Positions 28,323 through 43,574 of a DNA stretch of 64,000 bases are shown one piece after another (position 1 is the first letter of the stretch; every line of letters begins with the position of its first letter). The notes below the pieces were generated by a model, which was given only the letters and a program-made list of their open reading frames with translations, did not search any database and had not been told where the DNA came from. This DNA comes from Chrysomallon squamiferum. Its lineage: Eukaryota > Animalia > Mollusca. A program made the position numbers and the translations under genes. The stretch spans positions 23,064,001 to 23,128,000 of the forward strand of contig CM022670.1 of assembly GCA_012295275.1 (NCBI GenBank). Direction: 5' to 3'.

Positions 28323-29757
28323 TCATTCACAGACCGTCATCTTCTCTTTAAGCAGATTTAAGCGATCTCTAAATCACTTTGACTGCTTTATGGAATCTGC
28401 ACCGATCTGCTTCAGAACTTTTCTGTTTTCCTATTAAAGTCCAGATGTGCAGAATAGCACTGGCAGCAATTAGATGACAACCGTCTCTAATTTTGGTGAA
28501 AATATCTTCATGTCTGATTGATTTCCCCACGGACTAACCTGATTACAGAACTCGCAGCTAGCGTACAGAACACTGACAATGTCCAAAGGCCTCATTCACA
28601 AGTATTGTTTGCGAGAACGCAATTCTATGGACTTTATTTTTCTCGACAGTTGCGAATCTGTGATCAGTAATCAGGGACTTTGTGAGATTTTTCTATCAAA
28701 AACTGCGATCTTAGAATGAATTATTTACTTCTGCTTTTGTTGTGAGAAAATTTGGTAATGTTGACCGATGACTGAAGGTTAAATTAAAAAAACATTTACT
28801 ATTATTTTAACTTTTGTGTAATGATGATTGGATAGCGAACGGACGAATAGACGAACAATTATTTGATTAATGAAACGCAGGGTACTAACTTTTGTGTCAG
28901 TTATCAAAGAGGGAAATGCATTCTGGGTAATTCTGGTCATTTATCATGATGGAATCATTAAAGAAAAAAGAATTTTTTTTTTTTTCGAGGATGGACTCAA
29001 AATATGTTAATAATAAATTCGCTAACTTTTTAAACTGCATAAACATAAACTGTTTAAAATACAGCATAAATACTTTATATAAGTACTGAGATATTTCATA
29101 TAAGCATTAACAACCTCATTCTGTGTTATTTACTAAAACTTGTCGTAGTTTTGAATGATAGCGGTTTTTACTGTCAGCGTGTAACACAAGAACCAGGAGA
29201 AAAGTTATTCATTTTCAGCACCAGTGTTACTCAGAGACCTTCTTACTTCGTGTACACTGCAGCAGTTTTAAATAATGTCGTGTCATCGTCCACAAATATT
29301 GATGACCGCTGGTTTCAGTGTTTCCTGAAGCCAGACCACTTAGGTTATGCTGGTAATAACATGGCAAGTATTAAGGAGCGAAACATACATATAATATGAA
29401 TAATACACAAGTAAGGAGAGAAAAAAGAAACTATGTTTAAAAAATCCGTGGTTTTGTTCACTATCGTCTGCGAATAATTCCAGAAATGAATTTGGACGGA
29501 TTAAATAGATCTTTTGTTAATAAAACTTGGTGGTTATTAGGAAGCGAGGTTTTTTGGAAAGTTAGATTTATTCTATTTATTGACAAGACGGACGAATGTT
29601 TGTGATCAATCAAACGACAGGTGTAAAATGCATGACGCCGAGAGAGAATGAACAAAAATGAACTAATTTGCCTGACATGGAATATCATATGTGATAAAAC
29701 TGAACCTGAAATAAATGATTTTTTTTTACTATTATTATAAGACAGTCATTCATATTT

Positions 29758-29827
<70 letters not shown>

Positions 29828-30447
29828 TGATCATGATGGTCATACTCTTAAGATGCGTTTCTTTAAAAACAAAATCAATTGTTTACGGATATCCCGCTAC
29901 TATTGTCGCATTCGAAAAGAAATATCAAACTATATCATATTACAAGTGACATTAAAACTAAAACTGATATTTCGTCAGTAATACATACATGCATACATAC
30001 ATACATATATAAATACATACACACACACACACACACATATACGTACATGGGTAGGTTTCATATATACATACAAAGAATCAGAAGACAGACTGACAAATAT
30101 GTATTACTAATATACCTCTTAAAATATTACTGCAGTATAGAGTACATTAAATTTTAACCTGTCAAATATCTATTATGTAAAGGAACTGGAAACCGCAGAC
30201 TGAGACCAAAAATGAAAAAGCAGAAAACGGACCAATATATTCTGTTAAAGCTTGTTACGACACATTTTAAACATGGGATTTGAGGAGGATAAACTCTATT
30301 ACCAAACTAACGCAACGTTCTGCTTTAATTGTACAAATCTGTTTAAGTTACGAAACTAAGACGAAGTTCAAAACAGCACTACACTAATTCATCTGTATTT
30401 AGTTAGCAGAAGTAACAGGTGTTACAGGCAGACCATTTTCACTTTTC

Positions 30448-30599
<152 letters not shown>

Positions 30600-31719
30600 A
30601 TATAATGACAGAATTGTAAATGCTTAGGCCAGATAATAATTGTTTTACTAATGATAACTTCATTGTCACTAATTACGTATGTAAATGAATATTCTTTTTC
30701 AAGCCGCAACAAATATTATAAACGCACCTACTGGCTGTGAACTTTATGACGTCATTTCACCCCATCATTCGTAATAGTAATTATGTGCACTATCAGACTG
30801 CGCTAGGTGTCTCGTTTAATTGAACCTGTTATCTAATCTTTGCGTGACCAAAACTGGCTGTAATTGTCGTTAATTGAGTATTACAAGCCATAACCAATGT
30901 GTCTATAATTCTTTGTTCACACATAGATATGACATCAGCAAATGAAATTAATCTTATAGAAGGGAAAAAAGAAAAAGAAAAAGAAAGAAGAAAAAAGATG
31001 ATATACTAGTAGACGTTTAGATATTTATTCTTTGTTCAGCTACAAATACATATTCTTTGTTCATTAAATACACTTTAAAGAAAAATATGTTTTTGTTTCA
31101 AGTTAACATAGAAACAAACATGTAAAAAAATATTAAATAAATTAAATTCACAAAGCAGCGTAATTTTAAATGGTTAATGTATTAAGCATATATCTTATAA
31201 AATCTTTCTATTTTTCTGTTTGCTTGTTATACACTTACAACCACACATATACAAATATGTATATGTACTCAAACTTACACACACATATATATATATATAT
31301 ATAGCTATAAATAAATAAAAGTTTTATTTGTTCATTTCTTTTTGATAAAAATGATTACGTTGTAGCTCTTTATTTTATTTTCATTTATTTTATTTTATTT
31401 ATTTATTTATTTTCTTTTAAACCAATATATACACTTACAAAAATAATATGATTAACATGCCTAGCTATATATATATATATATATATAGATAGATAGATAG
31501 ATAGATAGATAGCATTTCGCGTGTTATTGTGTTTTTTTATAACGTATTTGTATCAGATATTGTTGTTATGTTTTGTTTTTATTATTATTCCACATACATA
31601 ATTAATTATTTAACAATGGAAATGTATGATTACCGCTCCTAGATAATACCAGGTCATAACTCCCTCCTTTTTTAACTGATGTAATACACTACGTAATTCA
31701 CTCATTGACGATCTCCTGC

Positions 31720-32220
31720 TGTTAACGTGACGTCACCCTGACGTTTACGTCTTTCCCGCATTTGCAAACGTCACAGTGAATTTTATACAAATTCACGTAT
31801 TTTTTCCCCCCAATCCTTTGGCTTTTGCTGACGTGTCTTATGAATGAACATCACTATACAACGTTTACTTCAAAAATAATCAGACCACTCATTCCCCCAA
31901 GGCACCTTTTTTGTTAAAATTCTGAAGCACTTTCGTCTTCCGCTGTACTGAAGGAGTAAACGTATACGTAAATACTATCCTCATGACCCGTGCCGCCAGA
32001 TTCGTGACGACGTCACGGAGCCAGTGGCGAAAGCCGCCAGCTATTTTGTAAATAGAAAAAGTTATAAATATCGCCCGTTATATTGGGTTGCTAATGATCT
32101 CGATTCCTGATTTGTGGAAAAATCTGTGAGGCATGCAGATGCTTCTCTCTGAACAATGGTGACTAATACACGACCACTGATAGCATCGGTTTGCTGTTTG
32201 GAATACACGATTTCTGGTAA
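31720..32220. promoter_or_regulatory. CpG-enriched island with CRE-type sites (candidate enhancer or promoter)
   Basis: TGACGTCA at 31728-31735 with an adjacent TGACGT, GTGACGACGTCAC near 32004-32016, and a YY1-like GCCGCCAGCTATTTT. Confidence 0.35.
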
Positions 32221-32614
32221 ATATTTTAAAAGTTAATATTATTTTATTCCGTTCGGCGTATAGATCATACGATTACTGATGTTTATTTATTTATTTATTT
32301 GTTTGTACACTGATCTACGGAATATACGATTTCTGATGAATATTTAATAGTTTATTCTATTATTATCTTGTTGCTTTTTTTTTTTAAATTCAATTTAGCA
32401 TGTGAAATATATGATTTGTGGTAAATGTATTTGTTTGTTGTATAGAATATATCATTTCTGATAAATATTTACTGAGTAAATTTGTATTTACAAACTGATG
32501 TAGAGAATATAGTATTCTTTATTTTTTTAATAAATTGTTTTGTGTAAAAATTATATTAATGTCGTTGACATGAAACATTTTTATATGGTTTGTATGATGT
32601 CAAATTATTAATAT

Positions 32615-32636
32615 ACTACTGCTACTACTGCTGCAG

Positions 32637-32672
<36 letters not shown>

Positions 32673-32840
32673 TTACTATTACTACTACTACTATTAGTAA
32701 TCTCAATAATAATACTTTTTCTAATTTCACCTGTACAGTATCATTACATTTACTATCACGATTACTACTACCACCATCTTTACTATTACTACTATACCGT
32801 CTCTGCTAATTCTACCACGTTTATCACACACAGCCACACA

Positions 32841-32873
<33 letters not shown>

Positions 32874-32887
32874 CCACACATTACTTT

Positions 32888-32919
<32 letters not shown>

Positions 32920-33100
32920 TTACTATTATCAACATCAGTGTCCACCGCACTGGCAATGAGACGGTTCCTGTGTGATCATCATTATCATCATCATCATCAT
33001 CATCTTCATTATCATCATTATCATTATCATTACTATTATTATTGTCGTTGTTGTTGTTGTTATTATTATTACTATTGCTATTGTTGTTATTGTTATTATT
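32615..33100. repeat. Low-complexity block of ACT/CA/ATC/ATT/GTT repeats
   Basis: Read directly from the sequence. Confidence 0.9.
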
Positions 33101-35397
33101 ATTAACTTAGTTGTCATTACTTTTCTATATGAGATATCCTTTTGAATCCCATTCCACTCTTCTTGTTAAAGTCAATTACACTGTGAACGAGCAGATACAC
33201 TAAATAAAAATAAACAAGTTTGTCTGTGCTGGGTTTAGATATAGACGCATCTGAACAGTTTTACTGATTTCTTTGATCAATAATCTGTTAACACTGCGCT
33301 GCTGAAGTGATAGCAGGATACCTTTCCAGGATAACTTGCTTGAATATTTCAGTTATTACACCGAGAAACAAAACGTGGGAGACAAAGCCAGTGACAGATT
33401 AGTGGAAAATGCTTGCTGATTGATTATTCTTCTGGGTTGTTACACATGGGGATTTTAAATGTGGGTGTCTTCTGGGCTGGTCAGTTTTGATCATTTAAAC
33501 ACTTCATACTGTTTTGTATAGTCGCATAAAATTTACATTGATTTGTTATTAAAATGTATGTGACATCACGTGATTGCAATACGTTTATCTTTGGCAAAAG
33601 ACCAAGTTTGTTTTGCGACTGATCTTTGACATGGTTCATCTGGATGACATCTTTGAAGCAAGCTAAGCTGTAACTGACAATCGCAGATGGAGCATGTTGT
33701 CGTAGGTAGAATAATGTTGGAAGGTTAGTTACAAATGCAAGGATAGTGTAATGAAACGCATTTTTACTAAAGTATCGGTGAATCTGAATTATTTCAGAGG
33801 CTGGCTATAAAATGTCACCAATTCGTGTTAATCGACAGCATCACCGTAGAAACAGAGTGAACTGGTATAAGTAAATCATTAATAATTTATAAACTCTTTT
33901 CGTTTCTTTTGTGGTGCATAGGCCTATGTCAGTAATTTCAAAAGTGAATAATGTAAATAACCTACCTGTACTGTACTAAAACATAGGTTACAATCAACAC
34001 GTTCAGTTTCAGACTCTTTTGGTCGGTTATTATAATTATAATTAAAATCGCGTACGGTCATTATTAATATGAAGATTTGTTTAAATTAATAATGCGTACC
34101 TATTAAACAGACCTCTCGACTGTCTACCAGTTGGGAAGGGCAGACAACTGTGTTTTACGTACGATACATTTTTAATGCGCTTGTTAATATTTATAGCGCA
34201 CTACTTTTTCTGATCGCGCTATCTGCGATATACGGCTACCATTAACAGAACTAGATAATGCAAGCTGGGGCAATTTGAACTTATTGCTTGTATCGGCTTT
34301 ACCATTACGCTGAAATGAGAATGCAGATGTAGCGAATTCATTTCCTGACTTCTTCTCCAAAAGATCTTTGAAGTGCAGCGCACGATAATTGTATAAGATC
34401 TAAAAGAGATGATCAATATTCTTAAGTGAAATTTTCTATTGGTATTCCTATACTATATGATTTTATTTTAGGTATTTTTTCCCTTCGAATTTCCTCTTCA
34501 CATGATGAGGCTGGTAAAAGACACAGAAGGAATAAGAAACTTGAAACCTAACAGGAGTAGAGTGAACAATTGCCGCCAAATGTAATTTGCATCTTAAGTT
34601 TTCTCGCCGCTCGAGCTTCAAGAAGTAAAAAAAAAAAAAAAAAAAGAAACCATCCATAGAATAGTGAGACTGTATTGCCTGTTTATAACTTCATCTTGGC
34701 AGTGCTTACCACTGGAGATGTTATTTTATGTGTTTTTAGTTACTTGTTTGTCAAAATATGTTTATTTACTGTCTTGGTTTTGTTATTTATTTCGTAGCCC
34801 GTATTGTGTCTTTCTTTAAAGTTGTTCTTTTCTCTCTTGCTGAGATTGATCCACTATTGTTCATAACTGTATTTATTTGAACTGCTGTTGCTGTTGTTGC
34901 TAGATTGTGTAGAAGTGAATATTTTTTTGTAAATGCCAAAGTGTTGAAAGGTCCTGGTTGGATCGCGTTACTTGCACTGAGGAAATACGTTGTTGCTCCA
35001 TAGAGTGATTTATTGTGATTTTGTGAAGAGAGCAGTTTTATCTGTCTGTGTTGGCAAGCAGAAGCTTTAATATCCTTGATACCGTTTTATGTTAAAAAGA
35101 AGAAGAAGAAAAAAATGTACTTAAAAAATTCCTCTTTCGAGTATTGGTCACATTCACACTTCACAAGCCATGCTTGAAATGTCAGTCGACACAAGAGAAA
35201 GGAAAAACACATTTGCGCTAATTCAAACAAAAAACAATTCTTTTAATGAAAACAGCTCGGTAGAAAATTAAATTGGATGTGGTCTAGTTCTACTAGGTCC
35301 CTTAGATAAAAACAGAAACAGAAGAAAGAGAGATAGGAGAGAATAGAAGGAAGGTAAAAAAAACAAAAAAAAAAAAACAACAACAATAATAATAATT

Positions 35398-35715
35398 ATT
35401 ATTTAACGATGTACTCAACATACTGCTAATGCCATTATAGTGCCTTACATGTGATTATGAGACAAAATAATCAAAGGAAGTAACGACTATGCAATGGGCT
35501 ACTTTTTTTTTTTTTTTTTTTTTTTTTAAAGGCAGCATATGTTCTTTTCTGTGGAAGTAATAATAAGCATAACACTTTATTTATTTATTTATTTATAAAT
35601 TAGTGGTCGGCGCTGGCTAGACATCGAGATAATTCAGCTGGTACAGACTCTAGATTTTATCCTGCGACCAGTTCCACTCAGACCAAATCTCTACCGCCCA
35701 TCAGCAGAGCGTCCC
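35398..35715 (-). mobile_element. Decayed tRNA-derived SINE (resembles the molluscan Meta/MESC-type SINE)
   Basis: Collinear blocks ATTTAACGATGTACTCAACA, ATGGGCTACT, GGCAGCATATGTTCTTTT, GCTGGCT and ATCCTGCGACC...CTCTACC resemble, from memory, the reverse complement of a common gastropod SINE. The minus strand begins GGGACG...GGTAGAG, which is A-box-like. Confidence 0.55.
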
Positions 35716-36530
35716 TGTCGTGTTGTTAGTTACTGTTTCACAACTAATTACTTTCTTCTTCAAACAATCAGCGTAAACACGACTTCATTTTTTTTTTAAA
35801 CAATCATCATGGTCATTACGAGAAATGGGTTTTTTAAAAGAGTCTCGTGGCTGAACGTATTATTTTTCCAGTAACCAGAAACAAAGTAGTTTGCACTTTA
35901 CGCCAAAGCCAGTAATCATATCGATAAATTTATTAAGATCAATACGCCGAACATTTTACATTCCATTTTCTTCTACTCGAAATTGCTTTAGCTGTAATGA
36001 ACATTAATACAATTCAGGATGTCTCTCGATTTTGCTCGCAGTTGATAAAAACAAACTAAAGTGAATTCCGGCCTCTGTCTGAAAGGTCAGAATTGTTAAC
36101 AGCACTCGCCTGCCTGTCACCGTGCAGGCACGAGATGATGCTCATCCACTTACATTTCAAAATACACCGGTGACGATGATGTCGATACGAAAAATAATAT
36201 ATCATGTTAACAGTAATTGCATTTATTGTTACTGTTTTTTTTGTTTTATAATGAAGATTATGTTATTATTGTTTGTTATTATTTTACTATTATTACTACT
36301 CCTATTACAAATGCTTCTATATGCAGTCATGCTACAGGAACAGTTGTAATTACTACAGTATCATTACAAATATTATATCCATTGTTAATACTTCTAGTTC
36401 TTCTATTAACCACTACAAATGATGTCTTGGAAGCATTTTTCTGAATATTTTTTTTATTTTATTTGAATTTTATCTTACTTTTTTTTAATGTTTTTTTACT
36501 TTATTTATTTGTTTCATCTTCTTATCGTCT

Positions 36531-36561
<31 letters not shown>

Positions 36562-39500
36562 CATTATTTTAAACATTATTGATTTTGGTTAATATAAATG
36601 CTGATAAAATCTAAAACAATTTCACTATTTCGAATGAAATGTCACCAGTGTGAATATTTCGCTTAAACGATTGAGAAAGCTTGTAATACTGTGAATCAAT
36701 AAAATGAAATGAAAACGTGATTTTGACAGTGATACATTGATACCTGACGTAATTCTCTTTTCATCTCTCGCAAGGTTGTCAGCTGGCTAGTATTTTATTT
36801 TTATTATTATTTCTTTCTTTTTATTTTCATTTTTATGCATGTTTCTGCGTCATAAGGTTTGCATATACAGTTGACTACTTTGAATTATAGATTCTAAATT
36901 CCAGCCTCAACGTCGATAGCAAAATGATAACGATAACAGCTAAAATATCGATACAATTTGCAAATAATAAAATTCAAACGGGGATAGATAATAAATTATC
37001 TGATCCAATCACATTGTCTGTGTTAAAATGATTGGCCAAATGCACGCAGAAGCAAAAATATCGACAAATCAACTGAAAATAGTTAACAACATCGATACAA
37101 TAATCGTAAATTGTTGTATCGATATCAAGAAACATCCGATTCTGTTTTCATATATGTTTTGTTATTTCTGTGGTTGAAGCAGTGCATCTCAGCTGGTAAG
37201 GGATTGTTAACAAATTTTAGAGCAGAGCTTATAAACATCCTGAATAGACCCATGTATGTGACGAGTGTATTGCACTTATAATCGCGACGAGTTTTTATTT
37301 AGCAATTTCTTACAGAATAACTAATGAAATTGTCACAAACTTTAACAAAATTATCATATCAGATAATTTTCGTAAAAAAAAAATATATATATATATATAT
37401 ATGTATATTATTAATATTTTCTTGTTAGAAACATTTCACATAAAATACATATTGTTAACATTTTCATATCTCAGACATTCTTTTAACATTTACCTTTAGA
37501 TATATATATGTAAATATACGTAAAAATATATCTGAAATATTTCACACAAACATATATTAACTCTTTACAAATACTTAATTTGTATTTCAGTCTGTTTCGA
37601 AGTGATAAATCAACCAGTAAAAAAAGAGAAACAGATCTCCTTTCATTATGGTTTGAGTTAGCATCACGAAAATAACTGTTATACTTAATATTAGAATTAA
37701 TGATCTGTACGAAACATTTAGTTAAAAAATTACATTTTCTCTGTCATTAAAAAAATTATAATAATAAATAAAAATTTAAAAAAAAAAAAAAAAATAATAA
37801 TAATAGTTTTTTTTTACATCGTAAAATCTTTTTTCGCAAAATTTTTTATAATAATCTGTTCAGTGTTCCAGAAAAATGTCCTTCCTTTTGGCAAATCCGC
37901 ATAAAGCTGCAACAAAAAGAGTTTATATTTAGATCAGCAACAGACGCCTTTATAATCCTGTCATGTCTGTCATTTGGGCTGACTAAGATTTTCTTCTGAC
38001 TTGCAGTATACCTTATCAGTGTGCCCAGCGATTGTAAATGCCAAAGTTGAGCAACAGTTATTTTAATCAGTTATCCCCGGCATATCACAGCCCATTCAGC
38101 CATGTTTGTGTCATTTTTGCAGCGACAGGAAGGTAATAAATATAATGAAAAGTATATATGGCCTAAAGTTTCTTTGAAGCTGTGTGGACGTCAATAACGA
38201 CATCAGAAATCAAGTGGGAAGAGAGGTCTGGAAGTTTAACCGTAGACCTACTATAAATAATTGGTCGCAGAGGGACACGGCGTGACGGTTCTGTCTAATG
38301 AAAATCAATGGATACCACTGTCTTTCCGAGGGATCAGCCTTTTAACCGAGAGATTTTAATCAAAATCAATCAATCTGTATTATATACTTCTGTTACCAAG
38401 GTAGCTCGTTCGGTTTTCGGCTTCGAGAAACTAAATGCCAATCTTGGACTTGGAACATCCATTTACCGAAGAACGTTTGGAAGAAAATTATTGGTTATTT
38501 CATTGTAGAAGACGATTTAATAGATTGTCTTACAAGCAAGTGGCAGTTTTGTCACCTCCTTTATGTGTTCCGCGGTCCACAATCGACCGACCCTCATATA
38601 CTTCCCTGTATAGAAACGAAGCTGGCTTCTCCAGTCACCACTCTGCTTTTGCCATGGGTACACATTCAAAAATAAACTTAATAATAATAATGATGATGAC
38701 GATGATGATAATAATAATAAAAATTCCAACGTTTGTCAGATAGTTTGATGTACAGAGCTGGGCGATTCATAACCCAAGCCTTTATGGCATATATCAATTT
38801 CTCAATGACAGATTAGGAAGATTTGAAACTTTCCCTTAATGTTTTCACTTAGCCAACAGTTTTTTTTCTTTTTTATCCCCAAAAGTGGCAGATACTCGAT
38901 GAGCTGGAGATGAATCATCTCAGACACTTGTAACTAAGGCTGCCATTTTATAGATTTTTAAAGCCTTCCCGAAGTTTCTTCTCAAGTCACACAGCTGAAC
39001 AAAATAGAACGTTTGACAGGTTTTTCGTTTCTGAATATGCTTTTGCTGTTTATTACATATTTATGTTCTGTGTACTACATCATAGTCATTTTATATTAAT
39101 GTATTCAAGATAGACGTTTCTCTCGTTATAGCACATATGGATACTTATTCAGACGATTGTTGGAAATATTATGCTGGATCTTTTGGAAATTATATCTACA
39201 ATTATCTCTAATATTCAGATCATTTTAACAATGAGCTGATTCGGCGTGTTCTGTTTATAACATAAGTATAGTTGCATGATGACAACACTGTAGTTCTTTT
39301 TAGTTAGTTTGTTGTTGTTTTCTGAGAGGATAAAAAAGAGAAAAAGAAAAAGAAAAAGAACTAAGAAAGATATAATCAGTGATTTATTGAGATTTCATTT
39401 GACGAATGGACTGGTTGTATTGATGAAGGCTACACAAAATGTTGGATACACTGAAGAGTAATTCTTGCCATTTATTTTCCTGCAGTAATACTAGTAATAA

Positions 39501-40819
39501 AGTGGAAAGTAATTTATCTGTCTACTAAATGAAAATAGAAAGTTTGCGGTCAATTTGGTGATTTCGAACATTCGATGGAAAAAAGATTGAACATATTATG
39601 GCAATGCATAGAATGCTTGACGAGGAGTTTATAAAAGGTGAGTTACATTACCAGTCATCCCGTCCATGTATAAGACCTAAAAATACGGTAGTCGGTGTAT
39701 TTATAGTAATAAAATATTACCAGTAATAAGCATGGGGCTGCTAGCAACACAGTGGTAGCAACATTTAGGTGGTGAGACTGTAGTACAAATCGAAATAGCC
39801 GCAGTTATTGCAAGAGTAGTAATAGCGGTTCGGAGTAATATCGTTATACGTCGATTTGATGGCGAGAACGGTTGTAGATATAGTAGAATTGATATTATTA
39901 TTTCTAGTTACAGTATCAGTGCTGTTTTTATTTATTTATTTATTAATCTTCTTCTTTTTTTCTAGAATATCTATTTAATATTTGATAATCTTTATTTATA
40001 ACGTTTATTTTTATCTTCATTTTATTTTTTTTATATTTGAAAAGATGGGAGAATAGCAGTTTAAGCTATATATATATATTATTTATTTATTATTACGTTT
40101 AACAAACTGCATATTACTAACACTTGTAACAATCTATTTAAAGCAAGTAAAACCTAATTATTATTTCTAGTAACACTACATTCAAGCGTTGTGCTACTTT
40201 ACAATCTGAGCTATTTTAATGCGTATGTCCTCAAAGAAAGGAATTTCCTTTTTAAATAGATGTCATCTGACACGCATCAAAATAGAAGCAAGTCTGCCAG
40301 GTACATTTATAGTGATGTCACCAACGCTGCAAGCTCCATGTATGGTCAATATCAGGAGGAACCTAATTCCGTGTGCCTCAGATTGAAACCAGAATAGATA
40401 GTACAACCCTGCGGCCAAAGCCGCGTGTATCAGTCTACTACATTACTAACGTCACCATACTGCACTTGTTGGCTGTCCATAGCAGATCTAAGAAGCAAAA
40501 CGCTACATTGTATCGCTTCAGAGCAAAATCAATGCCGCTTCGCACAAGGACATTGAGCTAATTACACACGTCAATGGTTGTGCCAATATACTGAACAGAA
40601 ATTCCGTTTTCGCCTTCCGCCATTTTTCTATAACGCGGTCGGGATATTTCGGAGCTGTCCGTGAAAAACAGACTGGTATCAGTTTGATTCATTAAAAAAA
40701 AAAAAAAATAATAATAATAATAAAAATGAAAAAAAAAATAAATAAATAAAAAAAAACAACTTTAAAAAAAAAAATATATATATATATAAATAAAATAAAA
40801 TAAAATAAAATAAAATAAA

Positions 40820-40881
<62 letters not shown>

Positions 40882-41179
40882 CACAGTAAAATAAAAATAA
40901 ATAAATAAATGAATAAATAAATAAATAAAAAAACACAAAAAATATATAATAATAATTACAGCGAACAGACAATATAACATGGATAACAACTGTCTGAAAA
41001 AGGATATTAAATGAAGTTTCAAACTAGTTGTCACGTAACTTTCCAATAATCTTCATGTATTCGTTATTCATAAAACAAATTAAATACAAATCCAGTGAAA
41101 AGAACTAAATCAGTATTCATGTCAGATAACTTGGTTATTAGATTTACAGTTAAATCATCTTCTTTTTCCCCTTCATGTT

Positions 41180-41268
<89 letters not shown>

Positions 41269-41375
41269 ATTAATTAATTAATAACAAATATAAAGTAAAT
41301 AAAAATACAAAACTGAATAAATAATGTGGCTAATTACTTAAGCGTTAAAAGCATATAATTCTTTTAGTTTAAATA

Positions 41376-41415
<40 letters not shown>

Positions 41416-42209
41416 AGAAGAATGTTTGAACTAAGGTCTTGTGTAAGCCTGCAAATGATTCTTTAATTTGGGGTTGTTGTCACAGGCTGAGATCAGGTGC
41501 TATGTCATGTTATCCTTGTCATGGTTTTGTATGAGAAGCGGATCGATAGAGGCGTCCATTGGTGTGGTGTCTGTTTTCACGAGTCACGAGGCTCCTGGGT
41601 TTGGAATCGACTCATATCTGTTGCATCCCTACAGGGACTGAATTGGGAAGAAAAGTCGAGCTTCGTAGTCCGCCATATTTGTTCGATTGTTAGATTTGTT
41701 TCATAGTTCTGTGGTGTATTTTCTGCTTCTTCTTCTTCTTATTATTATGTATATGTTTGTTTATATGTTTGTATGTGTGTATGTGTGTATGTATGTATGT
41801 ATACAGAGAGGAACACAGACAGACAGACAGAAAAACAGACATTAAGTAATTTTCCAACTGTTAAACATTGTGTTAGGTCTGTGGTTTCGTGGAAGCAGAT
41901 AATGATAGATGTAATGATGTCATCTGAGCCATTCCTGCTGCTGTTGTTGCTAATTCAGTGCCACTAACTTCACATCAATAACTATCATTAGAACAACAAC
42001 AAAAAAAAAAAAAAACATCAAAAAAACCAAAACATCCTGAATTTAATATTGTCTCTTTACTACTAATTCCATCTCCTTTCTAAAGTAATTAATTAATTAG
42101 TTATTATTCTTATTGCAATAATCTTCATCATCATCATCATTTTTTATTGTTATATTATCATTGTATTTTGTTATTGTTCTTGGTATCATCATCATCATCA
42201 TCATCATCA

Positions 42210-42259
<50 letters not shown>

Positions 42260-42367
42260 TCTTCATTTATTTTGTTGCTAGGGTAAACCTGGGAAGTAAA
42301 ACCATTACGATGTTGTTTTTTTAATTATTTGTTTTGTTGGTTCAGTGGATGAAAAGTCACAAAAATA

Positions 42368-42402
<35 letters not shown>

Positions 42403-43504
42403 AAGTACTCGTTCATAGCACTAGTCTCTTCAATTAAATGAATTTTTAATAATTTTCGAAAGGTTTTTGATTAAAATAAAATAATTAAATAAATAAATAA
42501 ATATAATAAAATGAAATAAAATAAAACAAACAAACAAATAATAAAATAAAATAAAATAAAGTAAATAAATATATTTTATAGTTTTTGTGTTTGAACTTAA
42601 GTAGTCATTTTTTTTTTATAATTTTCTCTTGGTGAAAAGGGTTTGATGAGAAGTAACAACAAGAACAACAAAAAAAATAATAAATAAATAAATTATTTAA
42701 AAACATAACTTAGAAAATTCATTCATTCATTCATTCATATACATGTAAATACATAGTACATACATACATACATACATACATATACACACATACACACACC
42801 AGACACACGTACATGATCATAATAAAGTAAAACTTCACTAATTAAAATTTCGATTACCGAATTTGTTCTTTTCTTCCCGCTGACTGACATAATTCTAACT
42901 TAATAAAACAATCAAACGCCGCGCACCTTACCCGCCGGTGACGTCACTAATACGTTTGCGGTAAGTAAATAATATTTTTATTTTTTATTTTTTTCTGTTA
43001 CAAATCATTTTCTTTAACTTTACCCCTTGTTTCTATGCTTGTTAAATGATCCTGTATAATAAGTTTTGTTTTCGGAAAATCCAAATTCCTTATTAGAAAA
43101 TTTCGATGTTATTAGTTTTATTATTATTATTTTTTTTTTTGCCCCAGTATTATTTTCTAAACAGAAACATTTCACCAAAAAATATACATTATTAATATTT
43201 TCATGTAGCAATAGAAGATTCGAATGTTGAAAATAGGACAAGCAATCTCTTAAAATTTTGTTGGCAGTGGTGAATTTAATGATTCGTTTATCACCATGGA
43301 GTAATTACAAACGACGATTAGCAAAGAACATTATAACTTCAAAGAACATTAAGAAGTGAAGGACGTTTTAGGAAAGTCTTATCACTCACTAATATACTAA
43401 AACACATGTACTTTTTTTTATTATAACAGTTCCTGAAGTAAATGAAAATGAAAAATTTCTTGAAATAAACTCTACGTAAAAAACACAAAATCGCCTAAAT
43501 TAAC

Positions 43505-43574
43505 ACCTGCGGCCCGCTTGAGGATGAGCCATGTCTCAAGTGGCTCGGTTCTCGAAAAAAGTTGCCCATGCCTG
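43505..43574. mobile_element. Solo terminus of a hAT/Charlie-like element
   Basis: GCGGCCCGC...AAAAAAGTTGCCCATGCCTG resembles a hAT end (reverse complement CAGGCATGGGCAAC). It is followed by ATTTAGGA (nnnTAnnn). No matching other end was found. Confidence 0.5.

Noticed and set aside
32200-32520. CRISPR-like repeat-spacer array
   Set aside because: The repeats are too degenerate, the spacers are low-complexity and unequal, and there are no cas genes.
38250-38743. TATA-like CTATAAAT followed by 66-aa and 102-aa ORFs
   Set aside because: No recognisable homology or strong splice donor, and TATA-like words are ubiquitous in AT-rich DNA.
40370-40450. Possible tRNA-like or SINE head on the minus strand
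   Set aside because: Only a weak B-box-like word is present, with no cloverleaf or collinear SINE blocks.
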